A stretch of 64,000 bases of DNA from Thermodesulfobacteriota bacterium (GCA_965216785.1 OZ244197.1:2016001-2080000); one strand, 5' to 3'; shown: positions 7,755 through 17,366, counted from the stretch's first letter. Program-made: numbers and translations. The notes: generated from the sequence alone by a model not told the origin.

Positions 7755-9209
7755 ATGACTGTTAATACTGTTACGATAAAGAACTTCCGGGGCATTAAAA
7801 GCCTTGAAAATATTGAACTGAAGAGTCTTTCTATATTACTTGGTGATAATGGAACGTGTAAGACAACCATTCTAGAAGCAATTAATTACGCATTAAGCCC
7901 AAGTTATTTATCAGGAAGAATTAAGCATACAGACTTTTATAACGGGACAGGTGATCCCATTGAAATTCACTTGACATTCGTAGAAGATTTTCATGTCAAT
8001 CTCCCAGACGGTTACACTACTCAAGCTGTTAATTGTAAACAAGTATGTCTGAAAATTAAGAAAAGAGATCGTGCTGCAACTGGAAAAGCTTTTTCTGATA
8101 CCGTTGTAGTTGAGCATTATGTTCTGCCTACTCAACCTCGAACAAGTCAACAAGGATGGGAAATCACTAGAAGTTCTGGGACTATATTCCGATTTAACGA
8201 AAGACTACTATCATTTCCGGTCGATTCCGATGACCTTCCAAGAAGTTACTATTATGGAACAAATAGAGAAAGACAACTTCAAAGGGGATTTAACAGTTCA
8301 ATCACATCTGTATATGATGACTTCAACTGGCGGTTTCTAAAGTCGTTAAGGAAAGAAAAGGACCCAGATTTCATTGAGAAAAAAAGGCAGTTAGAGGAAG
8401 AAGCTCTCAGTAAGATAGATGATAAAGTGATTGATAAAACAATTACAACTCTTAATACTAAACTTTCTCAACTAGGGCTTGAAACAATTTCAATATCATT
8501 TTTTGAAACTAATGCCCCTTACAATAATGCGTTTTTAATGCAGCTTAAGGAGCATATTGAAATACCAGTATCATTAATGGGTTCTGGTGTAGAAATGATT
8601 ATTTCTTTACTTTTTCTAGAAACGTTAGCTTCTCTTTCTAAAGGCAAGTTCATAATAATAATTGATGAACCAGAATTACACTTGCATCCCAAACTTCAAT
8701 CAAAATTCATTGACTATCTGATCAATCTTTCAGATACTATTCAGATCATTGTAAACTCCCATTCACCCTATTTTTTTATGAATTGTTTGTCAATTCAAAA
8801 TGTAGAACTGATTACCACAGTTAAAGAAAATGACAGTCTTACGCTTACCAACACCGGTGCTGGTAAAGGTTTGTTTCCGTGGAGCCCTTCTTGGGGAGAA
8901 ATTAATTTCAGAGCGTATTCTCTTCCAACAGTTGAATTCCACAATGAACTTTATGGTTATATTCAAGAGAGCAATAATATGTGGAGTGAAGATAATGTAG
9001 AGAGATATTTTGTAGAGCGAGGAATAAACAAATCCAAACAATGGACAAAAGTTAAAAATGGAAATCCACAACCACCCTATGATGTAACTATCATGACTTA
9101 TATTAGAAATACAATTCATCATCCCGAAAACACAAACAACCCAAATTATACAAAACAGGAATTACATGATTCAATAGAAGAAATGATTACTCTAATAGAA
9201 AGTCCTTAA
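7755..9209 (+). CDS. OLD/AAA_15-type ABC ATPase with putative C-terminal HEPN RNase domain
   Basis: IKNFRGI, Walker A GDNGTCKT, signature MGSG, Walker B IIIDEPELHLHP, H-loop SHSP; C-terminal RNTIHH (R-N-x3-H). Confidence 0.8.
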   Translation: MTVNTVTIKNFRGIKSLENIELKSLSILLGDNGTCKTTILEAINYALSPSYLSGRIKHTDFYNGTGDPIEIHLTFVEDFHVNLPDGYTTQAVNCKQVCLKIKKRDRAATGKAFSDTVVVEHYVLPTQPRTSQQGWEITRSSGTIFRFNERLLSFPVDSDDLPRSYYYGTNRERQLQRGFNSSITSVYDDFNWRFLKSLRKEKDPDFIEKKRQLEEEALSKIDDKVIDKTITTLNTKLSQLGLETISISFFETNAPYNNAFLMQLKEHIEIPVSLMGSGVEMIISLLFLETLASLSKGKFIIIIDEPELHLHPKLQSKFIDYLINLSDTIQIIVNSHSPYFFMNCLSIQNVELITTVKENDSLTLTNTGAGKGLFPWSPSWGEINFRAYSLPTVEFHNELYGYIQESNNMWSEDNVERYFVERGINKSKQWTKVKNGNPQPPYDVTIMTYIRNTIHHPENTNNPNYTKQELHDSIEEMITLIESP

Positions 9210-9287
9210 CATAAATAAACAGTCAACAATAGTTATAGATCATACCTGCAACTACTTGTTTCAACATCCTATATCACGAATGTATTC

Positions 9288-9296
9288 TGTTATAAT
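9288..9296 (+). promoter_or_regulatory. Extended -10 promoter (TGnTATAAT), probably giving a leaderless HNH mRNA
   Basis: TGTTATAAT ends 6 nt before ATG 9303; no clear SD. Confidence 0.55.
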
Positions 9297-9302
9297 GAAA
9301 GA

Positions 9303-10451
9303 ATGCCTATCTGTTTATATTGTAATTGTGAGAAAGATGATACTGAATTCTCACAAGAACACGTTATTCCAAGAGGAGTGGGTGGGGCTATTACGCCTGT
9401 CAATCCATTTGTAATAAATAATACCTGTAAACAGTGTAATAGCGTTGCAGGGTTTTTTATAGATGCTCCCTTTCTTAAAAGTTGGATTATCAAAAATCAT
9501 AGAGCAGAAAATGCACGAAAATTCATAAATATATCTAATACATCTATATTACCCTTAAATTATTTTGGTGAAATTGATGATCTTAAAATTGGAAATAAGT
9601 TATGTGAATATTGGCTTGGACCTACTGGTGATGGCATCTATCATTTTCACGAACCATATCCCGTGGATAGTGACACATCACCAATAGTTGGAGTTCCCCC
9701 CGGAGTGAATATAGAAGAGATTGATAATGGTTTTGTTTTTATTTTTGTAAGATCGGAAAATCCTGATTGGCATCCGACAATTTTCAACTCAGTTATTGAT
9801 AATTTCAAAAATGTTGATTTTTATTTAGGTAACGGTCCTACACCTCCAGGAGGTATCTTTTCAGATATTCCCGACTCACTTAAGAGCATGCATGATAAAT
9901 TGATTGCCATACAAGGCCGAGAGCATGAAGTCAAACCTTCAATTGATATATATCTAGGGGATCGATTTCTAGGAAAATTCGCCTTAGGTATCGGTTCCAT
10001 CTTGCTCAATGAATCATTTGGTCAAAGTGAATCAGCTGGTTTGCTTAGAAGATTAATGTGGACAAAAAAAACTGAAGATAGAAAAAGGTTACCGATTTAT
10101 GGTGCAGGATTTATAAGGAACTCTGGAAATGAGTTAAACAATATTCTAAATTGGGAAAATGGGCACGTAATTGCTATAACTATTAATGAAAATGGATTGT
10201 CACTGTATGTGAATTTTTATGAAAAAAACAGTGCTGTTATACTAATTACAAATGAAGAAGAACATTGGAAAAACAAAATTGATAAAAGTATTTGCTATGT
10301 TATTGTTCCAGGACTTCAAGCAGCGGTCGGGCCAATAGAAATGGAAGAGTTTATAGCACATAAAATTAATGTGTCATACGAAAACCAAGAGTTAAAAGAA
10401 CTAGAAGAACGAATGTCTGAATATAATGATCTCCCTCCTTTTGATGTCTAA
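9303..10451 (+). CDS. HNH endonuclease with large uncharacterised C-terminal domain
   Basis: CLYC...SQEHVIPRGVGG...TCKQCNS zinc-binding HNH motif at the N-terminus. Confidence 0.8.
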   Translation: MPICLYCNCEKDDTEFSQEHVIPRGVGGAITPVNPFVINNTCKQCNSVAGFFIDAPFLKSWIIKNHRAENARKFINISNTSILPLNYFGEIDDLKIGNKLCEYWLGPTGDGIYHFHEPYPVDSDTSPIVGVPPGVNIEEIDNGFVFIFVRSENPDWHPTIFNSVIDNFKNVDFYLGNGPTPPGGIFSDIPDSLKSMHDKLIAIQGREHEVKPSIDIYLGDRFLGKFALGIGSILLNESFGQSESAGLLRRLMWTKKTEDRKRLPIYGAGFIRNSGNELNNILNWENGHVIAITINENGLSLYVNFYEKNSAVILITNEEEHWKNKIDKSICYVIVPGLQAAVGPIEMEEFIAHKINVSYENQELKELEERMSEYNDLPPFDV

Positions 10452-10609
10452 AATCAAATTTAGATAATTATAGCTATATCCACATTTCACTGTTACTAAA
10501 AAGTGGTCTAGAGATTACTCGACAGTATTATGATCTATTAATCTATCTGCTCTATTTTAGTAAATTTCATAGATTGTATTCACCAAGAAATTGTGAATTC
10601 GCTTGAATC

Positions 10610-10638
10610 TTGACGATCGTTGTGTGGCTATATACAAT
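10610..10638 (+). promoter_or_regulatory. sigma70 promoter for the small regulator and integrase
   Basis: TTGACG-17-TACAAT, ending 6 nt before ATG 10645. Confidence 0.6.
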
Positions 10639-10644
10639 ATAGTC

Positions 10645-10842
10645 ATGAGTAAGAATAGATTACGTCCCAAACTAATCCATATATACTTGCATGAAGATGA
10701 AGACAAATTCTTAAGAGACTATGCAGAAAATAACTATCTAACAGTTGCGGAAGTCTTCAGAGGTTGGCTTCATGAAGTTATGAAAAGGGAGGGGTACGAG
10801 ATTAACGAACCGTTGTTACCAGAGAAAGGAGGTAAGAAATAA
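10645..10842 (+). CDS. Small DNA-binding protein (ribbon-helix-helix-like), coupled to the integrase
   Basis: Beta-strand then two helices (IHIYL..EDKFLRDYAE...VAEVFR); TAATG stop/start overlap with int. Confidence 0.55.
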   Translation: MSKNRLRPKLIHIYLHEDEDKFLRDYAENNYLTVAEVFRGWLHEVMKREGYEINEPLLPEKGGKK

Positions 10843-11837
10843 TGGGAGTTTTTAAGAGGACAATCAAAACTAAAAAAGGAATGAGTCATTATTGGTATAT
10901 TGATTATGTATTTAGGGGAAAACGTAAATGGGAGAGTGTAGGTAGAGTAGGGGAGGTAAATAAAGCAGATGCTAAGAAACTCTTAGCGCTAAGGAAAACT
11001 GAGATATTACAAGACAAGTTTAAGTTACCAAAGAACAGAATAATTCCTACGTTCTCTGAGTTTGCGAAAGAGTACTTAGAGTATGCCAAGCAGAACAAAA
11101 AGTCATGGGAACGAGATATGTATTCTCTAAGAAAACTGATTCCTTTCTTTGGCAATTATAAGCTGTCTGAGATTTCACCTATCCTCATTGAAAGATACAA
11201 GTTAGAGAGAATCGAATGTGTTTCTTCAAGGACTGTGAATATTGAACTCGTCCTTTTAAAGAGGATGTTCTATCTGGCAATATCATGGGATAAGTGCGAA
11301 TCTAATCCTATGCAAAGAGTTAAACTATTTAAACAGTCAGAGCCTAAAGAAAGAATACTTACGCATGAAGAAGAACAGAAGCTGCTGGATGCGAGTCCTG
11401 GCCATCTTAGACCTATCATTATCACAGCTCTGCAAACAGGTATGAGGTATAGTGAGATTCTTGGCCTTACATGGGATAATGTAGACTTGGAGGATGGATA
11501 TATACGAATAAAGGAGAGCAAATCAGGAAAAAGAAGGAGCATACCTATTAATGAGACTCTCAGAAGTACTCTTTTAGAGCTAATTCCGAGAAATTTTGAC
11601 AGCAATTCCGTTAGCAGTAATTCAGATGAGAATAAAAGTTTTAATAATCACAGTGACTTTAGTCACGGATGCGCTGGATTTAGGATCCAGTACCTCAGGG
11701 TGTGGGGGTTCGACTCCTCCTCTCGCACCACAGTCCAGGTTCTCCATGGAGAGCAGTATAAACTGACAATTTCTGTCATACAATTTCAAGCAAAGGATTA
11801 CAAAATTTGCCATCATATCACACTATATAAACTCTAA
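10842..11837 (+). pseudogene. Tyrosine recombinase/phage integrase lacking its C-terminal catalytic part; frame continues through the att/tRNA fragment
   Basis: Arm-binding N-terminus, SAM-like domain, ALQTGMRYSEIL (catalytic R) and KSGK present; no HxxR, H/W or catalytic Tyr after ~11580. Confidence 0.75.
11668..11730 (+). other. att site: 3' fragment of tRNA-Leu(TAG)
   Basis: Anticodon arm CTGGA-TTTAGGA-TCCAG, long variable arm, GGTTCGACTCC T-arm and CTCTCGCACCA end; 5' acceptor strand and most of the D-arm absent. Confidence 0.85.
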
Positions 11838-11897
11838 TCTATACTGAGATTCCAGATATTGTTAATATCCGCAGTGTCTTATACTCCAGCATTTTTT

Positions 11898-11913
11898 TGG
11901 CACATGTATTGCA
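11898..11913 (+). promoter_or_regulatory. sigma54 (-24/-12) promoter
   Basis: TGGCACATGTATTGCA matches TGGCAC-N5-TTGCA. Confidence 0.7.
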
Positions 11914-11971
11914 CTATATTCTTGCATTCTATTAATATAAAGCCTTAGGGTTTTACAGGGAGGCAAGTGGC

Positions 11972-12154
11972 ATGAAAAATACTGATAGAACTGCTTCAAC
12001 AACACAAGACTTCTTACCATCTACACCGGATGAGAGATATCACAGAATCACTCAAGTAGACCAAGTATCTAGAGGTCTTGCAATCGCTATGGGTCTCGGA
12101 TTAATGTTTTGGCTTGTTTTAGCGATTATAATCTTTTCTGTGAAATCGCTATGA
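11972..12154 (+). CDS. Small single-pass membrane protein
   Basis: GGGAGG RBS, upstream sigma54 promoter, C-terminal TM helix. Confidence 0.65.
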   Translation: MKNTDRTASTTQDFLPSTPDERYHRITQVDQVSRGLAIAMGLGLMFWLVLAIIIFSVKSL

Positions 12155-12413
12155 GAAGGTTGTGCGAAATGTACTGTTCCCCTTTTGTCGGGCACGGTTA
12201 ATTTTTGCTTCATTATAATATACGCTGCTTCCCTAAAGAATTTCCTAATATCCCCAAACTTTTGTAAAAATTTACATCCGCCTAGAGCTTCAACCCCCCT
12301 CTCTGGCACCACGTTTACTTTTCAATCTTGCTCTTATGTGTTTACTCTAATATTCATATCGCGCATTGTTTATAATGTGAAGAGAAGCCTCTTTTTTTGA
12401 GGCGGGCGGAACA

Positions 12414-13622
12414 ATGAAGCAAAAGATACTCGTAATACCTGACGGAAACTGGCTCGCGCACACCACAAGGCCCCTTGAAATCGCAAAAGAGCTCAGGGCG
12501 CTTGGTTATGACTTGCAGTTTGCGGGACAGGGGAGCTATATGCAGATGGTCAGGGACGAGGGGTTTGAAACGAGGGATCTTGAGACTCTCTGTCCGGAGC
12601 GGAACCTTAAATGCTCGAGGAGCGGGCGCGTTAACTGGTATGACCACGAGCTTATAGAAAGGCTCGTAAAAGAGGAGTTAGATCTGCTCTACACTTTGAA
12701 ACCGGACCTTGTATTATGCGATTTCCGGCACACGCTGAGCACGTCTTGCGAGCTTGCGGGCATCCCGCTTGCAAGCATACTCAACGCTTCCTGGACAAAC
12801 TATTATTCAGTCAATCACGAAGCGCCGGAGCATTTGATCTTCACCCGCGTTTTGGGAAAACGTATAGTGAGTAAGCTTATGCCGCTCGTAAAAGGGATGA
12901 TAATAAGCGTGGACAGCGCGCCCTTTAAAAAATACAGGAAGGAAAACGGTCTCGCCCCCAACAAAAATATTTGGGACGTATGGAAAGGGGACCTGAATTT
13001 AATGACGGACATACCGGAATATGCCCCGACAAGGGGACTCCCTGATAATTTCCATTATATCGGGCCGATTGTGTGGAATCCGGATATACCCGCACCGGAG
13101 TGGATTTACAGCCTGAACCCGTCTAAAAAAACTATTTATATCACGATGGGCAGTACGGGGTATGAAAGGTTCTTCACGGAGATGGCGGAGATGTTCGCGG
13201 GGACAGAATATCAGTGTCTCATGACCACGGCGGGAATGGTGGAATTAAAGAATATCCCGGAAAACTTTTATGTTACGGAATACGCTCCCGGGGACGAGCT
13301 CATGAAAAGGAGCGATCTTGTCATATGCCACGGGGGGAACGGGACCATATATCAGGCTCTTTCAGAAGGCGTTCCGATAATCGGTATACCAACCATGCAC
13401 GATCAGGAGTTTAATCTGCAGAGGGTGGAGGCCCTCGGGGCTGGTGTTCAGGTAAGTGAGCTCTCGTTTAAGCAGGAGGATTTGATGAGCGCTGTAAACA
13501 GGATTATCGGAGATAGCGTCTATAAACAAAAAGCAGGCAAGTTGAAAGAGATATTAAAAAACTATGACGCGCCGAGGAAAGGCGCTGAGCTTATAGATAG
13601 CTTCTTGAATCCCTCAAACTGA
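12414..13622 (+). CDS. GT1 (MGT/UGT-like) glycosyltransferase
   Basis: AHTTRPLEIAKEL, IYITMGS, ICHGGNGTIYQAL, PTMHDQ. Confidence 0.85.
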   Translation: MKQKILVIPDGNWLAHTTRPLEIAKELRALGYDLQFAGQGSYMQMVRDEGFETRDLETLCPERNLKCSRSGRVNWYDHELIERLVKEELDLLYTLKPDLVLCDFRHTLSTSCELAGIPLASILNASWTNYYSVNHEAPEHLIFTRVLGKRIVSKLMPLVKGMIISVDSAPFKKYRKENGLAPNKNIWDVWKGDLNLMTDIPEYAPTRGLPDNFHYIGPIVWNPDIPAPEWIYSLNPSKKTIYITMGSTGYERFFTEMAEMFAGTEYQCLMTTAGMVELKNIPENFYVTEYAPGDELMKRSDLVICHGGNGTIYQALSEGVPIIGIPTMHDQEFNLQRVEALGAGVQVSELSFKQEDLMSAVNRIIGDSVYKQKAGKLKEILKNYDAPRKGAELIDSFLNPSN

Positions 13623-13654
13623 TGTATTTAGAATAGCCGGTCAAGGCATTTCCT

Positions 13655-14833
13655 CTAAGTCCTGTAGTGGGCGTTTATCTTTATGTAATCAAAAGTAAGG
13701 TCGCTCGCTATTACAAATGAGCTTGCTTTCCCGCTCTTGATATTGAGCGTTACCTCGAACTTGGGTTTTTTGAGGACTCTTTGCGCTTTCTTCTCATTCA
13801 TAACTATCTTTGAGTTGGCCAGCACCTTTTCATCATCGAAAAACAGATCTATTTTATCGGGGTCAAACGCTACACCGGCGCGGCCCGCTGCGGCTACGAT
13901 CCTTCCCCAATTGGGGTCTTCGCCGAAAAAGGCTGTTTTTACAAGGGGCGAAGTGCCAAGGGTACGCGCGATTTTTTCCGCCTCCTTTACCGTTTTTGCG
14001 CCTTTTACTATTATTTTAGCTACCTTAGTAGCTCCCTCGCCGTCCCTGACGATCATTTCCGCAACTTCGGTGGCAGTTTCCGTGACCGCATCTTCAAACT
14101 TCTTATATTCGGCCGCGGTTTCACGAACGGCCGAGTTTCCGAGCTTTCCGTTCGCCAGCATCAGCACTGTGTCGTTGGTAGAGGTGTCGCCGTCGACGAT
14201 GACTTTGTTGAATGAGTTGTTGACACTGTTCTTAAGGGCTTTTGACAGCGCTCGTTTCCCTAGGTTTATATCGGTAAGGATGTAGGCGAGCATTGTCGCC
14301 ATGTTGGGCGCAATCATCCCTGCGCCTTTTCCGATTACCGCGATTGTGCCTTTCTCCCTTCCTATGCTTATCTGGTTCACAGCGTATTTAGGGAAGGCGT
14401 CTGTTGTCATAATGCCGTCCGCAACGTCCAAAAACCCCTCGTCCCTTAGCTCCTTCACGAGCTTAGGCAAGGCTTTTTTTATCTTATCCGTAGGAAGCTG
14501 TGTGCCTATTACCCCTGTTGAAGAGGGGATCACCAAGTCCTCGCTAATTCCAAGCTCCTTTGCGGCGTATTTTGAGGTTAGGATCGAGTTCTTTAGTCCC
14601 TGTTTCCCTGTAATCGCATTTGCGATGCCGCTGTTGATTAGCACCGCCTGGCAGTAACCGGATTTAATTCTGTCCATTCCCACGAGTAAGGGCGGGGCCT
14701 TAACTATATTGGTTGTGAAAACACCCGCTGCTTTTGCTGGAACCTCGGAGAATATCAAAGCAAGGTCTTTTACACCTTTCTTCTTAATCCCCGAGTGTAC
14801 GCCGCTTCCAAGAAATCCCGGTATCTTGATCAT
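13655..14833 (-). CDS. argJ: Ornithine acetyltransferase / N-acetylglutamate synthase
   Basis: GVFTTN, STGVIG, IMTTD, KGAGMIAPNMATML autocleavage motif, DGEGATK, NWGRI. Confidence 0.97.
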   Translation of the reverse strand: MIKIPGFLGSGVHSGIKKKGVKDLALIFSEVPAKAAGVFTTNIVKAPPLLVGMDRIKSGYCQAVLINSGIANAITGKQGLKNSILTSKYAAKELGISEDLVIPSSTGVIGTQLPTDKIKKALPKLVKELRDEGFLDVADGIMTTDAFPKYAVNQISIGREKGTIAVIGKGAGMIAPNMATMLAYILTDINLGKRALSKALKNSVNNSFNKVIVDGDTSTNDTVLMLANGKLGNSAVRETAAEYKKFEDAVTETATEVAEMIVRDGEGATKVAKIIVKGAKTVKEAEKIARTLGTSPLVKTAFFGEDPNWGRIVAAAGRAGVAFDPDKIDLFFDDEKVLANSKIVMNEKKAQRVLKKPKFEVTLNIKSGKASSFVIASDLTFDYIKINAHYRT

Positions 14834-15111
14834 TATTTAGCTCTCCGACAGTTATGCTGAGTTACTTTCGTTATCAGCGAGATATGGACTTAAATGTTTA
14901 AAAAGTCTTAACTATTCTGGGATTTTTTCAAGGTTTGATTATACATGGAGTATCTTCCCCCGATTTTAATCTACCCTACATATTTTCTTAACCAAGCGCA
15001 TTAACAATTTATATTGGAGTAACCTCGTTAAATTTGTTGAAAACATGTAAGAAAATACAACATCTGACACGTGAGCTAAAAAAATTTTTAGTCGAATAAG
15101 ACGGTTAATAC

Positions 15112-15127
15112 TGGCATTAAATTTGCA
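15112..15127 (+). promoter_or_regulatory. sigma54 promoter
   Basis: TGGCATTAAATTTGCA (GG-N10-GC). Confidence 0.65.
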
Positions 15128-15201
15128 CCTAATATTGTTAATTTATGTAGTGGTTTGAGACAATTAAAGCCCAAATTGAGTTTCTTGAAGGAGATCGTAA
15201 A

Positions 15202-16272
15202 ATGAACAAGCATGTAATTATCTTTGAGGCCAGGGGCGGGACTGACAAAGGGCCGTACGGCTATCGAGTAGATTCAAAGCCAATAGCAGATTCACTTAAA
15301 GAAAAAGGCTGGACTGCTGAGATTATTTTTTATTCTGATGAAGATAGAGGGGAAATATACAAATACACCGTTGAAAACGCGTGTGCTTATATAAGCAGGG
15401 TAAATCCCGGGTTCCTGAAAGACGAAACCGGTTATTTCCAGATGCTGAACGAGCTTGTAAAACGTGGGATAAAAGGACTTCCTCATCCACACGTAATGAT
15501 TTACTACGGCGCAAAGAACGCAATTGAGAAGTTAAAAGGTACTGATCTCGTGCCTGAGGACGTGTTTACGTATTATGATTTTGAAACATTTAAGACAAAT
15601 TTCCCGAAAAGCTTAACGGTGAATACAAGGGTATTGAAGCAGAACAGAGGGTCTACGGGGGAGGGTATCTGGCGGGTCGAGCTAACAAACGGTAACCCAG
15701 GCGGCTCAGATGAAGCAGTATCCTATGATACCGAGGTGAAGTGTACCGAAGCAAGGGACAATCACGTTGAAACTATGAAGCTTGGCGAGTTTATCGATTA
15801 CTGCGTGAAATACCTTGACGGTGACAGCGGTATGCTGCTGGACATGCCTTACCTGGATAGGATAAAAGAGGGTGAGATAAGGGTGTTCATGTTAAGGAAT
15901 AAGGTCGTATATATTGTCCACAAAAAACCGGTCGATCGCCCGGACGCTTTTTCCGCCACTTTATTTTCAGGAGCTACTTACACGTATGACAGTCCGGATA
16001 ATTGGCCCGAGCTGGTGGAGCTTATCGAAAAAAATATTAATGTTATCATAGAGCGCCTCGGCAATTATGATATGCCTCTTATATGGACCGCGGACTTCAT
16101 TCTGGATACGGATGAAGAAGGCAACGATAAGTATGTTTTAGGAGAAATCAACGCGTCCTGCGTTGGTTTCAGCACTCACCTGGACCTTGGCGAGCAGATT
16201 GCGGATGAGATAATCATGTTGATGGAAGCTGAGGATATCGTTCACCATAACTGGATGCCATTCAAAAATTAG
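15202..16272 (+). CDS. Cj0069-family ATP-grasp protein
   Basis: FEARGGTDKG, RVNPG, RVLKQNRGSTGEGIW, EGEIR, IWTADFIL, LGEINASCVGF. Confidence 0.8.
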   Translation: MNKHVIIFEARGGTDKGPYGYRVDSKPIADSLKEKGWTAEIIFYSDEDRGEIYKYTVENACAYISRVNPGFLKDETGYFQMLNELVKRGIKGLPHPHVMIYYGAKNAIEKLKGTDLVPEDVFTYYDFETFKTNFPKSLTVNTRVLKQNRGSTGEGIWRVELTNGNPGGSDEAVSYDTEVKCTEARDNHVETMKLGEFIDYCVKYLDGDSGMLLDMPYLDRIKEGEIRVFMLRNKVVYIVHKKPVDRPDAFSATLFSGATYTYDSPDNWPELVELIEKNINVIIERLGNYDMPLIWTADFILDTDEEGNDKYVLGEINASCVGFSTHLDLGEQIADEIIMLMEAEDIVHHNWMPFKN

Positions 16273-16296
16273 CGTATCAATTGCTCGAATATATCA

Positions 16297-16325
16297 AAGC
16301 GCCCCGCTTGTATTAGGGGGCGCTT
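16297..16325 (+). terminator. Hairpin, probable terminator
   Basis: AAGCGCCCC...GGGGCGCTT stem after the ATP-grasp gene. Confidence 0.5.
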
Positions 16326-16427
16326 GCTGTATGAAATACTTCATAGATTTTTCTCCCCTATCCACAAAGGCCTTTAACTGCATTATCATATCAATATAGT
16401 TCTCTCGCTTAGTGCGGGGTGCATGGA

Positions 16428-17366
16428 ATGAAAAAAATACTTTCAATCGACGGCGGCGGCATAAGGGGGATCATCCCGGCCTCTATACTTTCAGAGATCG
16501 AGCTGATAACGGGAAAACCGATAGCGCGGATATTTGATCTCATAGCCGGCACTTCTACGGGAGGGATGCTGAGCCTGGGGCTCAATATACCTGACGATAG
16601 AGGCGCCCCTCGTAACAGCGCCAGGAGTATGAAAGAGCTTTACGAGACTAAAGGCCGGGAGATATTCCAAAAATCCCTATGGCGAAAGCTCAGCAGTATG
16701 TCTGGCTACATCGACACGGAGTACGGACATAAATTCCTTGAAGGAATTCTGGATGAGTACCTGGGAGAACACACTTTTTCTGCTTCCATTACAAAGAGCC
16801 TCGTTACTTCATATGATTTGGAGAACAGAGAGCCTTTTATATTCAGGAGCTGGGAGGATAGGTTTCAGGATATAACAATGAAAGACGCCGGGCGCGCTAC
16901 TTCTGCTGCCCCGACATACTTTGAGCCCGCAGTGCTGGATATCGGGGGAAAGCGCCACACGCTAATTGACGGCGGGGTGTTCCTGAATAACCCGGCGCTT
17001 TCGGCATACCTGGAGGCCGTGAGGATATTCCCCGAAGAGGACGAATTTCTCCTTATCTCTCTCGGAACGGGTGAGAACACACGGCCTATAACATTTGAAG
17101 AGGCTCGGAGCTGGGGCAAGATCGAGTGGGCGGTGCCGATATTCGATGTCATATTCGACGGCCTAAACGACGCGATAGATTATCACCTGACACAGATGCT
17201 GGGGAGTAACTATTACAGGCTCCAGAATAGGGTGGCGCTTGAAGGTTTTGGGATGAGTATGGAAGCTGAAACCGAGAGCCAGATTGATGATATTATCTCT
17301 GACGCACAAGAAGTGGTTCAGAAAAACAGGAAGGTGATTGAAGAGATTTCCGGGAGGCTTGTATGA
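16428..17366 (+). CDS. Patatin-like phospholipase
   Basis: DGGGIRG, GTSTGG, SAAPTYF, DGGV. Confidence 0.92.
   Translation: MKKILSIDGGGIRGIIPASILSEIELITGKPIARIFDLIAGTSTGGMLSLGLNIPDDRGAPRNSARSMKELYETKGREIFQKSLWRKLSSMSGYIDTEYGHKFLEGILDEYLGEHTFSASITKSLVTSYDLENREPFIFRSWEDRFQDITMKDAGRATSAAPTYFEPAVLDIGGKRHTLIDGGVFLNNPALSAYLEAVRIFPEEDEFLLISLGTGENTRPITFEEARSWGKIEWAVPIFDVIFDGLNDAIDYHLTQMLGSNYYRLQNRVALEGFGMSMEAETESQIDDIISDAQEVVQKNRKVIEEISGRLV

Larger units (their letters stand above)
1..11730 (+). mobile_element. Right end of an AT-rich integrative element/prophage remnant inserted at tRNA-Leu(TAG); left end lies outside the window
   Basis: Visibly AT-rich relative to the sequence after ~12.4 kb; ends with a tyrosine integrase followed by a duplicated 3' tRNA-Leu fragment; cargo of hypothetical, envelope and nuclease genes. 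Confidence 0.85.

Noticed and set aside
7550-10451. Retron type I-A (msr-msd + RT + PtuAB)
   Set aside because: No reverse transcriptase in the window; the upstream hairpin belongs to repeat block B.
1265-10600. Integron attC array
   Set aside because: No convincing RYYYAAC...GTTRRRY paired sites were found, and the integrase is phage-type with an arm-binding N-terminus, not IntI-like.
11651-11730. Functional tRNA-Leu gene
   Set aside because: No 5' GCGAGAG acceptor strand or complete D-arm upstream; it is the att duplication.
15202-17366. CBASS-like system (enzyme + CapV patatin)
   Set aside because: The upstream gene is an ATP-grasp protein, not a CD-NTase, and a terminator-like hairpin separates the two genes.
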